Source: a virus. Taken from it: DNA of 64,000 bases. Position 1 is the stretch's first letter. Each line of letters opens with the position of its first letter. A program made the translations under genes and the position numbers. The notes beneath the pieces are model-generated. The model had not been told where the DNA came from and searched no databases. It saw nothing but the letters and a program-made list of their open reading frames with translations. The stretch lies in the IMG/VR virus record IMGVR_UViG_3300005253_000946; one strand, written 5' to 3'. This document shows positions 18,568 through 27,282 of the stretch, one piece after another.

Positions 18568-19394
18568 TGCTGACATTTACCAAATACAGAAGCATATCTT
18601 TAGTTCAAGATTTTTTAGATATTTTTTGGGAAGTAACTATAGATGGTGGTGAGGCTGAACTCGATTATGATTTTTATGTTCTTAGGTCCGAGAACAATTT
18701 AGAAGGTCCGTACAAAGTAATAGCTGGACCTCTGTCAGGTCTCTACACGTTTAGAGATCCAGATGTATTCCCTTACAAACGTAATATACGGTTATTTTAT
18801 AAAGTACGAGCTGTTAGGAAGTCCGATAACTATGACATAGAGACTGAGCCGTTCGACATCGAAGGTCCAGCCGATTTACAGACCAGAGCTATCTCCGACT
18901 TCCACGATGTACTTCTGGACAATATGGGTGTAGGTATTATCATTTATAACAGGAAGTCTTTTGGAGCCAGGTGTGCTGAATGTTGGGATTCTATAAAACA
19001 TCAACAAAGATTCTCTCACTGCAAAACCTGTTACGACACAGGGTATGCTGGAGGGTATTTACCTCCTAATACAGCTCGGATGAGAGCAGTTCCTGAACAG
19101 CACCAATACACCTTTACTTCTCAGAATAAAGCTGATGTGGTAGAAACTCAGATGTATTTGTCACGCTACCCTCCGGTAAATCTAGGAGATGTTATCGTAG
19201 AGATTAAATCTAATATACGTTGGAAGGTTAGAGGGGTTGCTAAGAGTGAGCACATACGTCACATAACTATGCAGCATGTAGGTCTGCATCAAATACCGGA
19301 AAGTGATATTGAGTATCAATTGACTGCAGACTTAGACCTCTCTAAAATAGTGTACGAAGAAGAACGTATTCACACTAACCCACATTCAATATGA
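18567..19394 (+). CDS. putative neck/head-closure protein with Zn-finger
   Basis: CAECWD...CKTCYDTGYAGGY motif; position before tail completion and sheath. Confidence 0.6.
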   Translation: MLTFTKYRSISLVQDFLDIFWEVTIDGGEAELDYDFYVLRSENNLEGPYKVIAGPLSGLYTFRDPDVFPYKRNIRLFYKVRAVRKSDNYDIETEPFDIEGPADLQTRAISDFHDVLLDNMGVGIIIYNRKSFGARCAECWDSIKHQQRFSHCKTCYDTGYAGGYLPPNTARMRAVPEQHQYTFTSQNKADVVETQMYLSRYPPVNLGDVIVEIKSNIRWKVRGVAKSEHIRHITMQHVGLHQIPESDIEYQLTADLDLSKIVYEEERIHTNPHSI

Positions 19395-19771
19395 GCAACT
19401 TAGATACAGCAGCAAATACATTAATTACGTCAGAGTCCTTTAAAGACGAACTGACTAAGTTAGCTACTGGTGATGATTCTAAAACCAAAAGATGGTTAAA
19501 GAACATTGCTATTATAGCTGCTGCTCCAGCTATAGGGTTTGGTTTAGGTAGGTACGCAATGTACCCTGTAACTCGTGCCTTGGTATCTAAAACAGGTCGC
19601 AAGTTTATACGTTCACATCCTAAAACATCTAAAGCTCTTGCCTATGGATTACCGGCCGCAGCCGGTGGAGCAGCAGGTTTAGGTACTCTTTATCACGGAT
19701 TACAGTGGGCAGCCCATAAACAATCTATGGAACCTAAGAAGGGTAAAGTAAATGCCAACCCCGCTAGATAG
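19391..19771 (+). CDS. leader-bearing Gly-zipper protein (SESFKDELTKLA)
   Basis: Shared leader; two hydrophobic Gly/Ala helices. Confidence 0.65.
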   Translation: MSNLDTAANTLITSESFKDELTKLATGDDSKTKRWLKNIAIIAAAPAIGFGLGRYAMYPVTRALVSKTGRKFIRSHPKTSKALAYGLPAAAGGAAGLGTLYHGLQWAAHKQSMEPKKGKVNANPAR

Positions 19772-20525
19772 AGAGTTTGGTCCTAACTCTAATCTTAGTC
19801 AAAGGATTAAAGACTATAGGGCAACTAAAGTATTAAACCCCGACTTCGGTATTGAAGATTCGGTAATAGATACGTTTATCGTTTTTTTAAGAGAGTTTTT
19901 TGCTACTTCCCAACCTTATGGTGCTACTCAACAAGATGTTGAAGTAGATGAATCTAAGCCAAATCTTAGTGAGCGTTATCGTTTATATTATGATTCCGAA
20001 GGAGGTATGGACTTAGAAAAATCAGGTATTATTATAGTTGATTCTGACACAGTAGATCCAGACCTTTATGCTAAAAGACCGGCTATAGTAATAGACATGG
20101 TGTCCTCTCAGTTTCTGGGTTTAGGTTTAGACCAGTATGAAGGCGGGTCTATGGCAGGCGAAGATAAAATACACAGAGACCTGGTTATGGGTCAGTTACA
20201 ACTAAGAGCATATTCCAGTGTTAAGAACGAAGCACGTATCTTAGCCAACTGGGTGCGCAACATCGTCTTGGCGTACACGCCTTCACTATGTAGAATGGGT
20301 CAAATACATGCAATAGAAAGACGTATCACCGTAGGACGCCCCTCAACAGGAGGACAGTTTCCTAGCTCAGATACAGAAAATATTGCTGTACCCGTAGGAG
20401 TTACTTGGTACAAAGCTTATAAATGGAGAACTGGTTACGTACAACCCGATCCACTACTTGCAGATATTACTATGACTTCTAGAACACGAATAGGAAAACG
20501 AATTGTCATATCCCTTGACGACTAA
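19752..20525 (+). CDS. putative tail completion/terminator protein
   Basis: KRPAIVIDM strand pattern; immediately upstream of the sheath. Confidence 0.5.
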   Translation: MPTPLDREFGPNSNLSQRIKDYRATKVLNPDFGIEDSVIDTFIVFLREFFATSQPYGATQQDVEVDESKPNLSERYRLYYDSEGGMDLEKSGIIIVDSDTVDPDLYAKRPAIVIDMVSSQFLGLGLDQYEGGSMAGEDKIHRDLVMGQLQLRAYSSVKNEARILANWVRNIVLAYTPSLCRMGQIHAIERRITVGRPSTGGQFPSSDTENIAVPVGVTWYKAYKWRTGYVQPDPLLADITMTSRTRIGKRIVISLDD

Positions 20526-20542
20526 TTAAGGAGACTTTGCAC

Positions 20543-23062
20543 ATGCCTGGTCAAATAAGACAACCCGGAGTTGAGATCATACAGGAATTTGTTTCTGCAT
20601 CTCCTAGCTTCAGCATTCCCTCTTTACTGTCGTGCTCCGTAGGACCGGCTTTTAGGATAGTTAAGGCTTTTACGCCAGAAGGTGCGGTCGACGCAGACTC
20701 GATTGCCGGAGCCTATCCAGATACACGTGATGTAGGAGCTGGCGGATATAGCGGCCAGTCCTCTGGTGTAGCTAGTACTCCAACTACCCATTTAGTTGAT
20801 ACTACTCAATCATGGGTTGACGACGAGCTTAACGGTAAGTATGTCTTCATCTGGTCAGGTACCGGTGCAGGACAATTACGTGAAATCCTTGATACAGACA
20901 ACGCGCTTCAGGAAATCGAAGTCAGTGTAGCTTGGGATGTTACTTTAGACGCTACCAGTAAGTATTATATTGGTGACGGAATCGAAGTAGGTTTCCCGAA
21001 GTTTATAGACACAGACAAGATTGAGCACACCGATATCACAGATCCGTTAAACCCGATCAAGGTATATATACAACTTGGTGGGACAGTTGCCGAGGTACCG
21101 AACTATCAGTACGTGTTAAATCCTACGAACGATGGGATTATTATAGGTCCTGGCGCAGGTAACGTTAACTTCCCGGTTATAGGTACGATTCTTGTTGAGT
21201 GGCTTGGCCTTAGAACCGACATTTCTGAAACATTAGTGGTCGCTGAAAACCTAGAAGACCTAGATAATTTTCTTGGACCAATTTCTGTAGAGAATCCCTT
21301 AGCTTGGGGTATGGCACAACAATTATCTAATTCCCAGACCAATGCTGTAGCAGGTTTAGGTGTTAATGATATTGATCCGATCAACGAGCCTGATGGAACT
21401 GTGGCATCTTACCAAGAAGCTTTAGATGCTTTAGAGAGTGAAGACGTTTACGCTATCTCAACTCTAACTCACGCTTTAAGTGTGCATCAATCGTTGTCTA
21501 GCCACGTAACTGCTTTATCGGCATCAACCGAAAAGAAAGAGCGTATTGGGTTTGTCAATCCACTGTTTCCTACTAATGCTGCAGATCAGATATTGGTACA
21601 GGATAATTATTTCTTCTCAGCAAGTTCTGGAAATCCGTTAGACATATACTCCAACGTAGATTTCTTGTCATCCTTAGCGTTGTTAGGTGTTAATCCGGTT
21701 GACGATCTTGCAAACATAGTTGTTACTTTTGAGAGTGAGTTACATGCTGTAGAGCACCCACTTACTGAAATCAAAGTTAATAGCCTTGTAGGAGACGATA
21801 CTTTACCTGGTCCTTTACCTCCGTTAGCCTCTTTCGGTAGAGTAGCGGAAGTAGTAGGAGATTCTTCAGCGGCGTTAACCGATCCGGTATTTAATGGGGC
21901 AGTATCCGTGGCATCACCCAATAATAATGGGTTGGTTGATAATACCGATACTTTTGAGCCTAATCAGTTTAAAGGATTAACGTTAATTAAAGACCCTACT
22001 GGAGTTGGAAGTGGTACAGAAACTTTTCTAATTACTTCCAATACAGACCATGAAATTTTTGTAGTATCTGACTGGCTTGCTAATCCAGTAGTTGGCGACC
22101 TTTACGAGATTTCAGGTTTCGAACTGCTTCTACAAGATGACGGTATTAACCCGATAGCTTTAGAAGGAGACTATGTTGACGCTATCGAACCTTATTGGGT
22201 CTACATAATGGCTGGCGGAGCAGCAGCAGGTCAATTTAGAAAAATCATAGGCAGTTCCTCTTCGGCTTCCAGCTTTGCTAATACGTTACTGCTCGAACTT
22301 CCCTGGACTATTGTTCCTGATGCAGAACCTTACGAGATTTGGCAGGGTACTGAAGCGTCACTAGAAGAATTCAAACTAGTCCTTAAAGGCGATCTACTGG
22401 TAATTAATGGTTTCCCGAACAAAGCTTTAATGGCTACTACCATTGCAGGGTTCGGTGAAGCGTATAAAAACCGTAGATTATTTGTAGTTATTCCTGACCA
22501 AGTAGAGCAGAGCGTAGCTGGTGTAACCTCTCTAGTAGAAGGCTACTACCTAGCTTCAGCTATTTGTGGCATGGTTGGGCAACTACCTCCTCAACAAGGC
22601 TTTACCAACTATCCTGTTACAGGGTTCTTGGGAGTCAATAACAAGACTTCTGGCTTTTTCTCAACTAGCCAGTTGGACACGATAGCTGGAGGCGGAGTCT
22701 ATACGGTAATTCAAAATGCCCAAGGACAGCCTCTAATTTGCCGTCATCAGTTATCTACAGATGTCAGCGTAATCGAAAAGCGTGAGCTTTCGATCACGAA
22801 GGTTGTGGATTACACAGCTAAGTTCCTTCGGAACCTGTTAGTGCCGTACATCGGCCTCTTTAACATTAACCAAGGATTCTTAGACAACCTGAGTACGATT
22901 GTTCAAGGCGCTTTAAGATCGTTAGTTGATGCAAACATCTTGAATGGTGCTGATCTTAATATCATCGCGCAAGATGAAGATTCACCTGACACCGTGATAA
23001 TCGACGTAACTTTGGATGTTCCGTTCCCAGCGAACTACATCCGGCTAACTCTACTAATTTAA
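20543..23062 (+). CDS. contractile tail sheath protein with inserted repeat domains
   Basis: N-terminal QPGVEIIQEF; C-terminal RHQLSTD...RELSITKVVDY...DVPFPANYIRLTL sheath signature; ATG at 20543 (track start TTG 20537). Confidence 0.85.
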   Translation: MPGQIRQPGVEIIQEFVSASPSFSIPSLLSCSVGPAFRIVKAFTPEGAVDADSIAGAYPDTRDVGAGGYSGQSSGVASTPTTHLVDTTQSWVDDELNGKYVFIWSGTGAGQLREILDTDNALQEIEVSVAWDVTLDATSKYYIGDGIEVGFPKFIDTDKIEHTDITDPLNPIKVYIQLGGTVAEVPNYQYVLNPTNDGIIIGPGAGNVNFPVIGTILVEWLGLRTDISETLVVAENLEDLDNFLGPISVENPLAWGMAQQLSNSQTNAVAGLGVNDIDPINEPDGTVASYQEALDALESEDVYAISTLTHALSVHQSLSSHVTALSASTEKKERIGFVNPLFPTNAADQILVQDNYFFSASSGNPLDIYSNVDFLSSLALLGVNPVDDLANIVVTFESELHAVEHPLTEIKVNSLVGDDTLPGPLPPLASFGRVAEVVGDSSAALTDPVFNGAVSVASPNNNGLVDNTDTFEPNQFKGLTLIKDPTGVGSGTETFLITSNTDHEIFVVSDWLANPVVGDLYEISGFELLLQDDGINPIALEGDYVDAIEPYWVYIMAGGAAAGQFRKIIGSSSSASSFANTLLLELPWTIVPDAEPYEIWQGTEASLEEFKLVLKGDLLVINGFPNKALMATTIAGFGEAYKNRRLFVVIPDQVEQSVAGVTSLVEGYYLASAICGMVGQLPPQQGFTNYPVTGFLGVNNKTSGFFSTSQLDTIAGGGVYTVIQNAQGQPLICRHQLSTDVSVIEKRELSITKVVDYTAKFLRNLLVPYIGLFNINQGFLDNLSTIVQGALRSLVDANILNGADLNIIAQDEDSPDTVIIDVTLDVPFPANYIRLTLLI

Positions 23063-23073
23063 GGAGTAGATAA

Positions 23074-23772
23074 ATGGGCACAATTAGCCAATGGGATCAA
23101 TACGATAAGTATGTGCAGGGAGGCTTGCAAGACGGCCTCTTTATGTCGGGCGCGTTTACGCTTATCGCTGCTGGACCCCCTCGTCTATCTAACTTAGCCG
23201 GTGAATTAGTAGTAGGTACTTTGATCCAGGCTGGCGGCGCAGCAGTTGATACAGTAGCGTACCCGATTGGTGTGGTTCAGAACCTGAACATCAGCCATAA
23301 CAGGCAGTTCACTCGTTTATTCGAGATAGGTTCAGAACGCTCCTACTTTATTTCTGGTCGAACCATCGGTCAGATTTCGTTAGGTAGGGTTTTATACCAC
23401 GGACCTTCACTGCTACGCGCTCTCTATGCATACTACCAAGACCTCCTACCCCCAGGAATTGTACCTTCCTTGTGGCAAAACGTAGGTTCAGCCTTCGTAC
23501 ACCATGATGTGAAGATACCTCCAGGGTATGAGAACCTCTTCATAAATTTAGCTTCCGATATGTTCTCGCAACCTATGGGTCTGCTAGTTTATGTTAAGGA
23601 CTCTGATGAACGTACAGTAGGTGCAGTCTACTTCGAACAGTGCTACGTCCCGAATCATACCTTCGCTACTGACGCGCAAGGTGTTCTGATTCAGGAAAGT
23701 TGTGCTATACAGTTCGAAAGAGCAATACCTGTAGCCACCAGCGAAGTAGCTCTGATATCTGGCCTACTGTAG
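23074..23772 (+). CDS. tail tube protein
   Basis: Follows the sheath; IGVVQNLNISHNRQFTRLFEIGSERSYF tube-like motif. Confidence 0.8.
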   Translation: MGTISQWDQYDKYVQGGLQDGLFMSGAFTLIAAGPPRLSNLAGELVVGTLIQAGGAAVDTVAYPIGVVQNLNISHNRQFTRLFEIGSERSYFISGRTIGQISLGRVLYHGPSLLRALYAYYQDLLPPGIVPSLWQNVGSAFVHHDVKIPPGYENLFINLASDMFSQPMGLLVYVKDSDERTVGAVYFEQCYVPNHTFATDAQGVLIQESCAIQFERAIPVATSEVALISGLL

Positions 23773-23796
23773 TCAGATAAAGCCTTTCGAGAATAG

Positions 23797-23834
23797 AGGG
23801 GATGCGGTAATATGTTTATTGTATCCCCTTTCTT
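23797..23834 (+). terminator. Rho-independent terminator after the tube gene
   Basis: AGGGGATGCGGTAA / TTATTGTATCCCCT stem followed by TTCTT. Confidence 0.6.
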
Positions 23835-23846
23835 AATGGATGACAT

Positions 23847-24314
23847 ATGTACGACGGCCTGACAACAGAAGAACTACATGGGCTTGCTGACTACCTCTTA
23901 AAGGAGGCATCAGCGGCCCCTAAGTTGCTTACAGCCGGTACTAAAACCATTCCCCCATCTATCTTGAAAAAGGTCGTAGATAAGGTGAAACGTTATGGTA
24001 CGTTGATGGCTGGTGGTAAGAAGTTTACAGGCTCTGTGACTGGTCAGACAGGTAAGACACGCTTCAGATCCGCTAGTGTGAAAAACCTTCGAGCTACGTC
24101 AGCTCTTAGTAAGTTGCGAAAGCAGCAGAATTTTGGCAGGGCACCTAGAGGTATATTAGGCAGGTTACTGGGAGGTGTTAAACCTGTAGGTAAACTTAAG
24201 AAAGAAATAGATGCTGTAAACCTTGCTAGGGGTGCGACAGCTGCAGGCGGTGTAGGTACTGCTGGTGCAACATACGTCCTCACTAGAAAATCTAAGCCGA
24301 AAAGGAATCGTTAA
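23847..24314 (+). CDS. leader-bearing basic protein (EELHGLADYLLKEAS)
   Basis: Class II leader; Lys/Arg-rich; C-terminal GATAAGGVGTAG. Confidence 0.65.
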   Translation: MYDGLTTEELHGLADYLLKEASAAPKLLTAGTKTIPPSILKKVVDKVKRYGTLMAGGKKFTGSVTGQTGKTRFRSASVKNLRATSALSKLRKQQNFGRAPRGILGRLLGGVKPVGKLKKEIDAVNLARGATAAGGVGTAGATYVLTRKSKPKRNR

Positions 24315-24315
24315 A

Positions 24316-24720
24316 ATGAGTACACCAACTACTTTAGAGTTACATGAAATAGCTGACTACTTACTGAAAGAGGCCAGGAAGAGTAAACGCTCTTATGGTT
24401 CTGAAGCTGGTATAGGCGCTCTTGCTGGTGGTGTAGCTGTAGGTGGTGGTGCAGCTGCTGCTAAAGGTTATGGGATGTACGGCGCATCTCGAGAAGCACT
24501 AAGAGTTCGTCTACAAGCAAAAGTTTCTGGTGTACCAAGTCGTAGGTTATCTACTAAAGCCCGAACTGTTAAACAGGTTATCAAGAAGCTTGGACCTAAA
24601 GCTTTATTAGCTACTGGAGCTATCGGTGGAGCAGGAGCTTTACTTGGTGCAGGCGGTGGTTTAACCAGACATAAACTGCGTAAATCTATGAAGAAGAACG
24701 CTGCGAAGAAAAGTAAGTAA
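24316..24720 (+). CDS. leader-bearing basic Gly-zipper protein (LELHEIADYLLKEA)
   Basis: Likely start ATG 24316 (track 24265); two glycine zippers. Confidence 0.65.
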   Translation: MSTPTTLELHEIADYLLKEARKSKRSYGSEAGIGALAGGVAVGGGAAAAKGYGMYGASREALRVRLQAKVSGVPSRRLSTKARTVKQVIKKLGPKALLATGAIGGAGALLGAGGGLTRHKLRKSMKKNAAKKSK

Positions 24721-25327
24721 TGCCCTTCAAGTCTAAAGCTCAGCGCAGAGGTACATGTTTGCACAACACCCTAAGATAGCTAGACGATGGGCAGACGAGC
24801 AGAAGAAGAGTAAAGGTAGAAAAAGCTTCAAAACCATGCCTGATAAATTACATACCGATAAGAGTGTAAAACCTTCTGAGTTTAAGAAGCAGGCTCAAGC
24901 AGAGATTACTATAGGTATGATCAAAGCAGCTGCTTTTAGGGAAGAACTTGAAAAGATAGCCATCATAAGTTTAAGTCCTTTTGATTTTAATATACCTCAT
25001 GCGGCCATAGCTTTATCGGGAGCCGCTAATGTTGGAAAGAAAGCTTCAGGACTAGCGGCTCATGCTGCCAGCAAAAAAGGACACAAGATTAAAAATGAGG
25101 AGTTAGCTAAACTTCTAGGCGGAACGACTGGGCTGCTTGGTGGTATTGGTGGTATGATTCTCGGACTGAAGTACAGACCTCAATTACAAAAAATATTAAG
25201 TAAATTAACCAAAAACAAAACAGCTATGTTAGCTTCTAGACCAGCTATCCCTATGGCCTCTACTGTTTTAGGTGGAGCAGTTGCAGGAGCTGGTACTGGA
25301 GTCTTAGTAAGCGTTCGTGGAAAATAA
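24720..25327 (+). CDS. leader-bearing Gly-zipper protein (AAFREELEKIA), apparently frameshifted near its 5' end
   Basis: MPFKSKAQRR (from 24720, TAATG-coupled) and YMFAQHP (ORF from 24755) lie in different frames. Confidence 0.55.
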
Positions 25328-25339
25328 GGAGATTAAACA

Positions 25340-26119
25340 ATGAATGCAAATATCGATAGAGAAGAATTGCTTGGAATGGCCGATTTCCTTTTAAAGGAAG
25401 CTAAGGACAAGAAGACATACCCTTTTTCAAGGGCAGCCACTGATCCAGCATTTCAGGGTGCTGGTGTAACCGGTTTAGGTTTAGGAATTACAGGAGCAGT
25501 AGCACATGGTGCTAAGAAGATAGTCAAGACTAGAAAAGGATTGCAAGCTATGGCACGATTGGGCCAAGAACTCGGTCTTGCTGGTAGCCGTAAAGCTGCT
25601 GTTCGTGGAGCGTCTAAATTACCTAAGAAGCTTTTAATAGGTGGAGCAGTTGCTTCTGGTCTTGCTGGTCTTGGCGCAGCTGGAGTGACATCACTAAGTC
25701 GGCGTCAGCAGATGAGAGGTTTAGCTGGTAGAAAAGCTCGTGGAGGCAAAGGCATGACTGCCAGAGAGCGTAAGCTTACTGGTATCAAGAAAAGTGCCTC
25801 TCTCATTAAAGAAGCTTTACCTATCGGACAGCGCCTACCTAAAAAAGAGCAGATCAAAAAAATGATTACTGCTTACAAAGATATTGTTAAAGGCAAGAAC
25901 GTAGCATCAGCTAAGCGGACAAAGAAGATGTGGTCTGGAGCACAATCTAGGCGTGCAAAATGGAATATAGCTAATCCTAAAAAATCTGGATTACGTCCCG
26001 AACAGAAGGCTTTTCATAAGGCGAAGAGCAGAGTCTCTAATGCTCAATTAGAGAGAGCGGTTGCTATCGGCGTACCTGCATTAGGTGTTGGTGGCTTGAG
26101 CGCTGCAGCTCTTAAATAA
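25340..26119 (+). CDS. leader-bearing basic Gly-zipper protein (EELLGMADFLLKEA)
   Basis: Class II leader; second site KKSASLIKEA; three Gly-rich hydrophobic helices. Confidence 0.65.
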   Translation: MNANIDREELLGMADFLLKEAKDKKTYPFSRAATDPAFQGAGVTGLGLGITGAVAHGAKKIVKTRKGLQAMARLGQELGLAGSRKAAVRGASKLPKKLLIGGAVASGLAGLGAAGVTSLSRRQQMRGLAGRKARGGKGMTARERKLTGIKKSASLIKEALPIGQRLPKKEQIKKMITAYKDIVKGKNVASAKRTKKMWSGAQSRRAKWNIANPKKSGLRPEQKAFHKAKSRVSNAQLERAVAIGVPALGVGGLSAAALK

Positions 26120-26131
26120 GGTGTTAATCTC

Positions 26132-26392
26132 ATGGACCAAGTAGAAGCATTAGTTGTTAGTCAGGTTGTTGAGTCAGCATTCCATTCTGAACTCAACAAA
26201 CTGGCTGCTAGGAAAGCCAGATTAGGTTCTGGTGTCAGATTCAAGTCCTTGCAGAAGAATATTGCTAAAAGCATTAAACCAAGAGCAGGACAGACTAAGC
26301 AACAAGCTGCCGGTGCAGTAGCTGCAGCTATCGGCCGTAAAAAGTACGGTAAGAAGAAATTTCAAGCATTCAGTATGAAGGGCAGACGGTAA
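26132..26392 (+). CDS. leader-bearing highly basic small protein (SAFHSELNKLA)
   Basis: Class I leader; Lys/Arg-rich body. Confidence 0.65.
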   Translation: MDQVEALVVSQVVESAFHSELNKLAARKARLGSGVRFKSLQKNIAKSIKPRAGQTKQQAAGAVAAAIGRKKYGKKKFQAFSMKGRR

Positions 26393-26393
26393 G

Positions 26394-26981
26394 ATGGGTA
26401 ACCACGTACACATAACTTCAGGTTGTGGTGATGAAATCATCAAACTGGCCGCTCATGGTGGTCCTACGACCGGAGAGCAGTTGCATCGATCTCTGATGGA
26501 TCAGAGAGCTATGCTTAGACGTGCTGGTTATAAAAAGAATCTGTCAGGTCAAGAGATTATAGCCAGAAATAAATGGCTACGTTCTGCAGTAAGGCAGGGC
26601 TCAACACTTAACAAGTCAGAGCTAGCGACTATTTCTGACCCGACTATTAGCCGATATACAAGTAGGGGTGCTGGTAAGGGTATTTTAGCAGGCGGTGGCT
26701 TAGGTGCGGGACTTGGAGCTGGAGCAGCTGCCTTACTAAAGAAGAATCCAAAGGCTGCACTCTTAGGAGGATTAGCTGGAGGTGTTTTAGGTATGTTACC
26801 GGGTGGCATTATAGGCAGCCAAATTGGTAAAGCTAAAGGTAGGAAAAGAGCTGGCGAGAAGATTAAACGCACACAAGAGTTATTAGGTGGGTACCAGAAA
26901 TTTATCAACAACCCGCAGATACAAAGAGAGATCTTGTCTGGTAAACTTATGATCCCTGTAATAGGTGTCCCTAGAGGCTGA
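26394..26981 (+). CDS. leader-bearing Gly-zipper protein (GDEIIKLA)
   Basis: GGGLGAGLGAGA and GGLAGGVLGMLPGGIIGSQIG glycine zippers. Confidence 0.65.
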   Translation: MGNHVHITSGCGDEIIKLAAHGGPTTGEQLHRSLMDQRAMLRRAGYKKNLSGQEIIARNKWLRSAVRQGSTLNKSELATISDPTISRYTSRGAGKGILAGGGLGAGLGAGAAALLKKNPKAALLGGLAGGVLGMLPGGIIGSQIGKAKGRKRAGEKIKRTQELLGGYQKFINNPQIQREILSGKLMIPVIGVPRG

Positions 26982-27202
26982 TGTTATATGTACTCACACC
27001 TTGTATAGATGAACTCAGGAAGCTGGGATCTACACTTATGGCTACAGCTCCGAAGGTGATTAAGCTTCCTCCGTTATCTGCAGTCCATGAAGGCCCTAAG
27101 ATGAAGCCTAACAGTAAGAGGATTCAAAATGCTGCATCCTCATATACTACCTTAGCCAAAGACAACAAGATGCAGAAGTTGATGGCCCCCAAAATAAAAT
27201 AA
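26981..27202 (+). CDS. small basic protein with degenerate leader (IDELRKLG)
   Basis: TGATG-coupled; last gene of the + strand block. Confidence 0.55.
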   Translation: MLYVLTPCIDELRKLGSTLMATAPKVIKLPPLSAVHEGPKMKPNSKRIQNAASSYTTLAKDNKMQKLMAPKIK

Positions 27203-27250
27203 GCACTACTCTCCGGCTTCTAGTAAGTTGTTGGGAGTTGTGGGCCTGGG

Positions 27251-27282
27251 AAGGGGAGCTTTATCAGCTCCCCTTTCTTTTA
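27251..27282. terminator. bidirectional terminator between convergent blocks
   Basis: AAGGGGAGCT / AGCTCCCCTT stem followed by TCTTT. Confidence 0.75.

Noticed and set aside
20543-23772. Extracellular contractile injection system, tailocin or T6SS
   Set aside because: Sheath and tube co-occur with terminase, prohead protease and capsid genes, so this is a phage.
23847-27202. Fragmented tape-measure gene
   Set aside because: Each ORF has its own start context and leader and is short and basic; they do not join into one long helical repeat protein.
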